This document shows, one piece after another, positions 14,281 through 26,200 of a stretch of DNA of 30,170 bases. The stretch covers positions 1-30,170 of the forward strand of contig DAOWEE010000365.1 of the NCBI GenBank assembly GCA_030638625.1, read 5' to 3'. The position numbers were made by a program, and so were the translations under genes. The first letter of the stretch is position 1. Each line of letters begins with the position of its first letter. The notes under the pieces were generated by a model that did not search any database, was not told the DNA's origin, and saw only the letters and a list, made by a program, of their open reading frames with translations. The DNA comes from Methanosarcinales archaeon (GTDB taxonomy: Archaea; Halobacteriota; Methanosarcinia; Methanosarcinales; Methanocomedenaceae).

Positions 14281-17200
14281 ATGATAAAAACAAATGGAAT
14301 TTTGTTAAAACAAGTGTTAGTAGGTTATATATTAATTTCAATCATAATTTTATCAGTATTTGCTTCAATTACTCCCGGCCTAGCCGAAGGTTTGGAAGAA
14401 ACAGCAATAGACAATTCTTTTGAATTAGTTTCTCAAAATGGCCTGAACATTCTCTATAGATTGTTCAATCCTTTAATGGGTACTGCCTCCGAACTTGCCA
14501 ATATTGCAAATGATTCATCAAACACCCTAGATATCACCAACTCAACCCTTAACACATCAACAAATTCCACTCCGGCCCCAACCCCAACTTCAACATTAGC
14601 TCCGACCTTAACTCCAACATCGATTCCAACACTAACTCCAGAACCAGTATTCAATTCATCAGAAGAGACCTCATCCAATAATCCACAAACCACCAGCCCG
14701 AAAAAAACCCATGTAACAGGCAATGTCAAGGACCATGAAAACCAGCCAGTATCAACAAATATCTATGTGACAGGACATGATAACCGAAACCGGATGATAC
14801 ATACATCCAGCCAGAATTTCAATCTTGAACTTGAAGAGGGCGATAATGTTGTCTTTGATGCCGGGACAAAAGGTGTGACTGCCCGGTTCAAAATAAAGGG
14901 CAACTCCAGCAATTCCATCATTACCCTTGACAATTTCGGCAAAGCCAAACCTGCTATCACTGGAACTCCACAGTTCAACTCAATGAAATTCGTTGAGGTT
15001 CATGCAGATAACACTGACTACGAAACTGTCACCATCACAATCTCATACTCAGAGGACGAACTATCCGGATTTGACGAAGGGCTACTGACAATCTATCATT
15101 ATACAGGTGGGCAGTGGATACCAACCATATCTCATGTCGATAGAGCCTCGAACACCATCACTGCCACCGTTAACAGTCTATCCTATTTTGCTGTGGGACA
15201 GGGTAGTGGAATCAACATTTTTGCCAGATTTGACAGTACAGTGAATCCTGATGATACTATCACTGTATCCGGTGGTGTATACTATGACAACCTGACAACT
15301 GTACCGGACGCAGATATTAATATCACAATCCAGACAACTGCCATCAGTACAGATATAACCACAGATAGTCTTGGTAATTTCAAAGCAACCCTCCCCCCAC
15401 CTGCCAGCACTGGCTCTTATAACCTCAAGATAAATGCCGTCAAAGGTGCCATGGATGCCAATACCACCAGCAACCTTCAGGTAACTTCCACACCTCTGTT
15501 CAGGATAACCGGAACCATGCAGATAGACAATGAAGATGTGGTTGCATCTGATGCAAACATTACCATCAGCAGTGAACTTCCAGCACAGTCAGTATCTGAC
15601 AGTGCCCAGTTAACACTTACAGGTACAACATCGGTCACAGGTACCAAAATTTACAACCTGTTTACAGATACTAAGGTGGATGACGGTATTAATGCCACAG
15701 GGACATACACGTTCCTGGTGGATTCCCTCACATCTGGTGAGGTCACCAAGAACTGGGCCAGTATCTATCTGTATGCTATCTCCTATACCGGGCTGAGTGT
15801 TGCCGAAGAAAGTTATGACACATATCTGGACGGGACATACAAGGATTCTTCTTCTTTTGTCAAGCCGTGGGACCAGTCGACATGGTACTGGAACAATTCC
15901 TTAGCAACAGGAGATATTCTATATAATACCACACAGACCGTAGATGTGGTCACCCCGAATCCGTCCACACTGGTCCGGTTCAACCTGACCGGGGATATGC
16001 ATATCAATTTCACCAGTTCAGGTCTTAGCAAACCTTCAAATTCAAAACTGTATGCTGATAATGTGCTTCTACTCTCCACCACCGGTGACCTTACAACAGA
16101 GAATATTAACCTTACCGGTTTTCTGGGTGATAGCAATGACCTTATCGTTACTTCAGATACAAAAGGCGGTATCAGTTATGCCCTGACATCCCAGTTCCAC
16201 AAATATATGAACGCTTCCGTGGTCGATGACGGAGTTAACTATACAGTCACGCTTACAGCCACCAATAACAATTCAGAATCATGGTACTCTCCAGCCTTTG
16301 GATATACTGTTCCCCAGGGTGCCGGGAATTTCGTGATTATTGATAAGGATAACAATGAACTGAATGTCACATCTTCATGTACTCTTCCATCTGATGGTGG
16401 TGAAGTTGACATACCTGCATCAGTGATAGGTGAGATTAAAAGCGGCATTATCAGGACATTCACACTTTCGTATAGTCTGAAGCAGTTGGATGTTACAACC
16501 CGTCCTTTTGCTGACACTTACATGCCCGGGCAAACTGTTGATATCTATACAGATGTGTTGTACAATGGGTCTGTTGTCAGTGATGCGACGGTTACAATAA
16601 CTATAAAAGACCCACTGGATGTAACAGTATTTAACGGCCCTGCAACATGGAACGGTAAAAATTATTCCATCACAAAAACCACCAACGATACCTGGCTCAT
16701 TGGCGTTTATCATGTGAATGCCAGTGCTTCAAAGACCGTGGACAGTGTGCTTCGTACCGGCATTAATAGTACCAGTTTTGTTGAAAAACGTCTCATATTA
16801 TATGTGCAGGCCAACGGTCCCTATCCACCACTTAGAAACATCACCCTCTCAGGCCGGGCATATTACAGCGATGAGAGTGCAGAAGGGGGCAAGACTGTCA
16901 ACATCTCTGTGGGTGGAATCAATACTACTGCCACTACAAATGCCACCGGACATTTCCAGACAATTGTTCCGGGTATGGCAGTCGGTTCTTACCCAGTCAT
17001 CGCCAATATCACCAACGGATACGGCCTTACCGATTCAGATAGCGATACTGTACTCGTGCTGGACACACCATTCTTTATCCTTATTGATACTGAACTTAGC
17101 GAAACATCAGGCCAAGCATTGCTTGAACCCGACCATAATTTTACAGTAAACATTCCCAATAGCATGGATGTGCTCAGTTCCACCATCACACTGACTGGAA

Positions 17201-20200
17201 TTACACAAAAGACCGAAGAGTATGACATCTCACCACCTCCCATTTCAATGCTTTCCATCGGTACCACACAATTCGATTTTGTAAACGGGACATTTACCGT
17301 GATAGTACCTCCGTACAGAAGCGTTACCGTCAATGATGTCAGTATGACAGTCACAGCCTTCCCACAGGGCTCGGGTGTCCAGGAATCGGTATTCAATAAT
17401 TCGATTGACGGCATTGATGTAGGTGAATCACGATATGTTGTTCCTGATACACCTTCAACCCACACCTGGACTGATGATATCACTGCAAGAGTTACACCAG
17501 GGACCGCACATGATGTCAGGATTACGAAACTTGATACATTCACAATCGATTACAAGTTCTTAGTGATGATGCACGTGAACAGGACAGGATTCCTGGACAC
17601 ACCATTGAATCCACGTGCATATGTGGTCGGCAACATCATTTATGCTGAACCGGGAGATATGCTGACCAATTCACATACTACAGACATTACTAAGTTCCTT
17701 GAGGCGGGCAGCAATTCAGTAAACTTTGTCAATGACCGCAATGCACTGGTGAATTATATTATACAAACAAGGGTCAGAGATTGGAATTATACACAAGAGA
17801 CAATAGCAGAGATTCCCAGCAGATTCGAGATTGAGAACGTATTGTACGCTGCAGCTACTGACCAGAAACTGATGAACCCTGAGGTCAGGCATCCGTTAAA
17901 GAGATTAGCATCTAATCTTACAGTCTATGACATTGACAATAATACCGACATAACAGCAAGCTGTACCGTAGCAGATAACGAACTGTTCATCCCGACCAAC
18001 CTTATCGGTCCCATTAACGCGGGCGATACCAGACTCTTCAATGTCTCGTATGATGCACCCCGACCCAATATCTCACCGTCGCTCAACACATCAGTATGCA
18101 ACCATAATGATACCATCCTGATATCAGTAGACATAGAATTCTACGGCGTCCCGATGACTGATGCGAATGTTTCTGTCACAATCGCCAACAATACCAATAC
18201 AACCTGGCAGGGTACTCTGACCCATACCGGAAGCGGGACATATACTGTCCTTTACCAGATACCGGCCAACGCAACATTGGGCATCTATAATGTCACAGTG
18301 TCTGCATATAATGAATCTACCAATATGGACGACGAAGTGGTGTCGTACCAGTTAAGCCAGCTTACCATTACTCCATTTACTATCGGGCCATTCGTGACCG
18401 GGAATGGTGGAAATATAAACGGGAATGTGAACGATTCCAGGACTGATGCACCTATAAATAGCGCAACGGTTGAAATTACCATTTCCAACCAGTCAGGAAT
18501 CGTGAACCAGACAGAAGTGTATTCCAATGTCGCCGGGTACTTCTCTTTTGTATGGGACGCAACAATGGCAGGAGATTACCTTCTCACGATAACTGCCAAT
18601 GATTCTGACCTCACAATAGGTACACTGGAACAACCCATTGCAGTAGAATACGATGTGGTACTGGTACCGAACAGGACAGATTACAATGTCAATTATACAG
18701 CCACACTGAACGTGTCTGTACACGACCTGGGCAGTATTGATGTGCCAGGTGCTAATGTATCCGTACTTATCGATATTCCGGCAGCAGGTAATGAGACACT
18801 GTCAACCGGTAACGGACGGTTATCGTATCTCGGCGGCGTATATACGGGGACGTTCAATACTACCGCTAACATGGGTACGTACAATTATACTGTAAATGTT
18901 TCAAATGTTACGGCTAACGGCACCATTACGGGTAATGATGTCGGCAGTTTCAGGGTGAGCGACCTACACATAACCGAAATGTCGGACAAATTGGTGTATA
19001 TTGTTGATGAAAACGTGACTGTATGGGGCAGTGTTGAGGATTTGGAAACAGGACTCTTTGTTGAAAACGGTACTTACAATATCTCTTTATTCAACTCATC
19101 GGGTTTTGTGACTTCCAGGTCAGGGAGTATATTGACAGTACCGGACACTATAGGTGCGGCATTGTATGATGAAGATACGTTCGAGGTTGCAGGTGATGAC
19201 TGGAATTCTCGCAACAATGAAGACCCTGTCCGTGACTCCTCCACTGCTTATGCCGGGTCATGGAGTTTGCATATGACCTGGCCCGGTACTACTGCCTGGG
19301 GAGGACGAAACTTTGAAGGGACCAATAACCTTGAAGCTGGTCAGACCTCTTCAGGATATTCCACCACTGATTATCCGTACATGAGCATGGCATACCGTAT
19401 CAGTCCTGACGACAAGATCAATATGCTCATACTGGTGAACGGTGCATGGCGTTCGTTAGATGTTACCCAGGGAATCAATACAACAGGGAGTTACCCCACA
19501 GTGGCTAACTGGGGTTCGGTAAATTCAGATGACCAGTGGCACTGGACCGAGATTGATCTGGACGGGCAATTGGACGCATCCATGGGAATAGGGAATCACC
19601 AGATAACTGGTATTATCTGGTATCCAAATAGTGCAATAGACGGGTATCTTACCGGCGATTTCTGGATAGATGATTTCAGGATTTCCAATAACTCCATTGC
19701 CACTTCATATGAGGAGACGTTCAGCGGTCTTCCTGCCGATCCATATACTGCAATGGTAGATATATCATACCTGACTCTAGTTGGAGCAAATTCATCTGAT
19801 TTTACTATCAATTACAATGTTAACTCCAGTATTCCCTCTCCACTGTACAGTGTGGGCAGGGATGTGAATATCAATATCAGTGTATTTGATACGGGTTCGA
19901 TTCCTGTTACAGGTGCCAACCTTACAGTCAATATCACGAACAGTACAGGCTTAGTCAAAAGCATATCAGGTTCAAATATTACCGATAACAATAACGGCTA
20001 CTATAATACTACATATATTACTGAAATTGAAGGCGATTTCAATATATCGGTCCATGTCGAGAAGGGCTCGGCTGTAGGTGATGCTCCTGTGTTGCCATTC
20101 AGGGTAACCCAGTTCTATGTGGACGTTGCACCTGAATTCCAGTGGTATGAGGTTGGAGATAATGTTACATTCACCACACTTACAGGCCGGCTTTGGGACT

Positions 20201-23200
20201 TACAGGGAGCACCAAAATGGGCCAATGTCACAATTCAAGTATTCGGCCCTGTGGGTACCCTGATACAGAATATCACACTCACAAACCAGTATGATAACTT
20301 CACTCACAGTTTTTATCTGGGTTCCACCAACAATTCAGGTACTTACTCCATCCAGGTAAATGCCAGCGAAATTGAATCAGGTGGTAACCTTGCAGCATCC
20401 AATACATCATCGTTCAATGTGGAATATTTCGTGGATTCTGCTACGAACCGTTCGCAATATAATACTGATGATACCGTCAACGTGACACTTAATATCAAGA
20501 ACAGTACCACCAATATCAACAGTGCCTCCGTTGATGTCAATGTGACCTATATTGGTCCGTCCGATTGGTGGAATGCAAGTTACTGGAATTTTGACCGTGA
20601 GTACAGAGTGGGTATCAGTACAGTAAATACATATAACCGCAGCAGGGAAGATACTTATATTGTGGTTCGTGGTTCTGACCTTGCGTCTGCGGGAGTATCA
20701 TTGACCAACCTGCCTATAAATTCGACAAGGGTTATTGCGTATTCAACACAGGAAAACCTTTCATCCAGGAATGAGGTTGCCAGGGTTGTATCTGATATTA
20801 ATGGTGACGGGTACCTGAACACCAGTGATGAAATTATATTCCTTGCCAATTTCTCAGCCAGTGAAAGTAAGAATTACTGGTTGTATTACGATTACGGTTA
20901 TGACATAACCGCTTCCCCCGAATACACCATTCCCCTGAAACTTCAGTTATACCTTGCCGAAGAATTCATTATAACCAGTGATTACTATGCCCGTGTTTAC
21001 TATAAACACAGTAACAGGGACGGCACATTCGGCGGATATGTCCAGATAGATGACAACAATTATTATGCCAGGGGGGCTGTCATTGCTGATTTCGACAATG
21101 ACGGTGACTATGATGTAGTATCTGGCGACCGTTACAACCTCTTCTTCCATGAATGGACCGATGTGGGTACATTCACTAAAACCAGTGTCACGCCAACCTT
21201 CTCTGCCAGTAATTATTTAATGGATATGGCTACTGCCGATTTTGATGAAGACGGCAACATGGATTTCATTGTAGGCGGCAATAACGATGACCTGTACCTG
21301 TACGAGGGTGATGGGATGGGGGATTTCACTAAAATCACCATAACCACCAACGCACCGGGAACAGCAGGCAGAGGGAAAGATGCGGGTGACGTGAACGAAG
21401 ACGGGCATATGGATTTTGTCTATGCAGAAAACCCGACCGGTAAGGTATATGCATATTATGGAAATGGTGCCGGTACATTCGCAGCTCCGGTCGAGCTTGT
21501 GACCTTACCAGATACTGACCCCTATGGTGTTGCATTGGGCGATTTTGATAATGACGGTCATCTTGATATCATTGCAAATGGCGGAGCAGGAGGGGCATAT
21601 CATATCTACAGCGGGGACGGGACTGGTATTTTTGTTGATGAAGGCATGAAATTTGATGTCAATCGCCTTGGTGGTGTTGATGCATTTGATTATGACCATG
21701 ACGGTAACCTTGATGTTATCCATACCACTTATGATACTGAATATACCTATTACCGGGCAGGAAATGGCAATTTCGGATTCGGGTCATTGAGTCTTGGAGT
21801 CAATGGTTACAATGTAATGGGTATCAGTGCACCGCCAATGCAGGATATTATGATTCCATCCATTGGTATCAAGCAAAACCTCAGCCATACCCAGGTAGGA
21901 AGCAGTCTTGCCACTGGTCTGGGTAACGGTAACTACAATGCTGAGTTCACTCTCTCGGATGCACAGCTTGGTATTTACCTGGTTGAAACCGATGTTACGT
22001 CACCCTGGCCGGGTGATGATGCTGTTACATTCTTTGTACGCAGCCTGGATGAAGTAAATAATACCTACGGCCCGCACAACTTCAATGGCACACACCAGTC
22101 CCCCATCCTTCCTGTTATAATTTCAGGGACCATCAGGGATAGTGAATTCAATAATACCCTGAACAATGCCTATGCAAATATCACTATCAGGTACCCCAAT
22201 AACACAGTTGCTGCCTACCAGTCAATAACTACCGATGCCAATGGTATTTTCAATCACGACTTTACGTCCCAGTTCAACAGCAACTCACCTGCCGGCACCT
22301 ATAATGTCAGTATCCTGGTAAACGATGGCGGGATAATTCAGTTAATTGAGACTTACCTTACAGTATCAGATGTGTACTCCAGTTGGGCTGACCCTGCCAA
22401 AGATTACCGGGTTGCTATTATACTGAACAATTCAGCCAATTCAACACCAGTAACGTACAACGAAAGAGGTTTCGTGCTTGAATTGCCTGGCAGTGTAGCT
22501 CAATCTTCAGTGGCAATCACGGATATCAACGGGAACGCTGTTGGCAACTCGCTTATCTGGGACAATGCCAATACCATAAATGTCACACTGGACAACTTCA
22601 GTCTCGGCATGTTCGAAGGCGGGCTTGTCTACATTTATTTTGACAGGGATGCACAACTTCCTCCAGATAATACATCACTTACCAGCAGTATCTGTCCGTT
22701 AATTGAAGGTGCAATTGAAGGATATTGGATGGTCATCACAAACGACCTTGCCATATACAATCCCTCCACTACTGCCCAGATAACTGCAAACCTGACACTT
22801 GCCAATGGTACACAATTAACTGGTTCCACTGTGAATTTCAGTGTTTATTATCCAGATATGGCACTTGCATACGGACCGCACAATATAGTCAGCGACCCTG
22901 CAAATATCTCGGTTTCAGGAAATTCAAATACACTATCATATTCAATTCCAAACCTGAAAGGCATATATACAGTCGTTGTCAATGCCACATCCCCCAACGG
23001 CATACCCAGGACAGAAATCTCAACATTCAATGTGGGCGGTCTGGGCGTAACAGCAGATACTGACAGGTCATATTACAATACCAGGGATGATGTATGGCTC
23101 ACAGTCGATGTTACTGATTTAGGTGTCCCTGTAAACAATGCTTTAGTTACAGTGGATTTCAATGACCCCAGTGGTCTGTTACCCTATGAATACAACGAAA

Positions 23201-26200
23201 TAAATTCAACGAATTCAGATGGTATTGCAATCATACACTGGCCAATGATATCCCCGGATTCACCAGTCGGGAACTATTCCATCACAGTGAATGCCAATAC
23301 CGCCAACGATTCAGGCTATAATGGTTCACAGACCATAGAGATTGACAACTATGTAACAACTCTCGACCTGAACGATAATTTAGTAAGCCTTACCAATCCC
23401 GTCACAGCCAGCGGTTCCACAACCCACAACGGCAGTGAAATCCCGTCCTGGGTCAACATTTCAGTGACGTACCAGTCTGCATTTATCGATGATACCGTTC
23501 CCTATGGTGCAAGTACAGGAAATCAATGGATATGGGATTACAATAACGTGCACAGCGGCAGTTACTCCCATCTCCAGGAAGTCCAGGGTCCGGCAAGTGT
23601 TCAGCATATATTCTACGATGCATACAGCGGATACCGTGCAGGCAGCGGCGAAAATATCTCGGTCTGGGTTTATGTTGATTCCATTCCTGAAACAGTTGAT
23701 GAGATTATGGTCCAGTTCCATGCCAACGATAGCTGGAACCACCGTGCCTACTGGGGTGTGGACAATATTCCCCTGGGTACCAATAATACCACATCGAGAC
23801 AATATATTGGCCCACTTCCCGCAGCAGGTACATGGTACGAACTTGTCCTGACCAGTTCACAGGTTGGCCTGGACGGACTGGTAGTGGACGGCATGGCCTT
23901 TGCCGTAAACGAGACCAGCAGCAACGTGGCAAGGGTATGGTTCGATGAAGTAACCTTCGAATTTGCCAATACTCATGATTCATATCTTGAGAACCAGAAT
24001 GTCTCAACCCCTTATTCGTATGTCATATCCAATACTTTCACAGAAGGATTCAACGACACCTTCACTACATTCAACAGCACTGAATGGGACAATTCTTCCA
24101 CCTCAATCCACAACATCTCAGCAGAATGGATGGAATTAAACGGCAACGGCCTTGATTTCAATGCCAATTTCTCAGGCAGTACCACCTATTCCAGAACAGC
24201 GTACCCGGTACTCACCGCCGATTTCATGACCGATAACCTCAGCGGCGGACTGGTCGTTGCAGTTGAAGGCAACCCCACATCAGGCTATCGCCGCCATGGT
24301 ATCTATATCGATAAAGCCGATGGCATACTCAAAACCCAGACCTATGACCTTGACGGCTGGCATTATGAAAACCTGTTCACTCCCGAGATTGGTAAATGGT
24401 ACACAATGGAGGTCCGGTTCTATGCTACGGAATCACAGCTATTCGTGTATTCCAGGGATGACAGTTCCAGGCCCATGCCCGATAAAGCAGACAGTACCTA
24501 CAACCTGACCGACTGGAACCCGAATTTCCATTTCTGGACATTCGACAATACAGGCTACATTGATAATGCTGCAGTCACCACCCGCTCTAATACCAGTGCA
24601 CTGCCATGGGTAGGCGATTATATCGTAACAGGCCTAAGCAGTTATTCTAACCTATACACCGTAAACGTCAGCACCATACTGGTATCCAACTTGAACATCA
24701 CTGTCAATACAGGTGATTCCTATGACCTCACAATAGGAAACCCTGAACTCAATAATGTCACCATCAACGGAACTGTGCAGGATAACCGCTCAGGTGTACC
24801 CCGTCCGTCCCCCGTACTTGTGTATGTAACCGCACCTGACGGATTGATATCGGTCTACAACCTGCAAACAGATGTTAACGGTTCCTTCACAGTCAGTTTC
24901 ACAAGGCCATCCCTTATCGGTACTTATGATGTAACCGTCACAGCCAAGGATACAGCAGGTACCACCGGCAGGACCGATACATCCTTTGACATCCAAATCG
25001 GGTCAACCATTGCACCCACCATCGAGACCATCAATCTCATGGATACTGCCATACTTACGGTTGAACTGTTCGATGACGTTATCTTCGATGATATGGAACA
25101 GGTCACTTCCAACTGGTCATACCGTGCCGGTACTACAGGAACCGTCCGGAATATGTCAGAAGAAGTCCATGACAGAACACGCCTGTATCATAAGAGCGGG
25201 ACCCAATCCCAGAAAGTGGATTATTACGTCACCAAAAGCACAAACGAATACATGTACCTTGAATCGGGCTTAGGTCCAATTGATGTGTCACAGGTCAACA
25301 ATATAACATTCTGGCTCTACCTGGACCTGGTTGACGCATTCGATGCAGTGGCACTGGTCCTTGAAAATGACGCCACAGGAACGAGCAGTGACGAGCGTAT
25401 CTACGGTCAAAACCCCGTACCTGGCTGGAACTATTACTCATTCAATGTCAGTGATTTTGGTATGGACCTCACTCATGCTCACTACCTTACAGTCCTGATA
25501 GATGACGATAATAGTGCCAGTGAAGTAGAAACCAGAGGTTCGGTCTACATTGATGATTTCAAGGTCATTAACGGCAATTCCATCACAGGTGCCAGTGTAT
25601 CCATCAACATCACCAAACCTGGCATGTCAGTATTGAGTTATTCAACTCCGGCAGACATTACCGACCTTGGAAACGGAAGATATTCATTAGACTTTGCAGG
25701 AACTGATGAATATGGCAACTATAACATATCAGCCATATCCACCAGTGATGGTTACACCAGTACCGCCACTACCCAGTTCATAGTAGACCGTCTGAATGTT
25801 TCACCGGTATTACTGGAAACACCATACATAGTTGGTGATACCGGTAACTTCAGTGTCAGTGTCCATTCCAATATGTCAACACCATTCGATGGAACAGTTT
25901 CCCTGAACCTGACCCTACCAAACGGCACATCTGTTAATTATAACACATCCGCATTCAGCCAGTCAACTGAAAATTATGCCCGCACCGGTACTGCCGGCGG
26001 GTCAGGATTTGGCAGTGTAACCAGAATCAACGACGGTTCATTTGTATATCCTGCAACCACTGCTGCCTGCATTGGGGATTATGCACAGATAACATGGGCA
26101 CAACCCGTAACCATTAACCAGGTCATGGTGTATTACGATACCAACAAATGGCCAACCTCATACAGGATACAGGTACTGGATACCGACGGTGTCACCTGGG

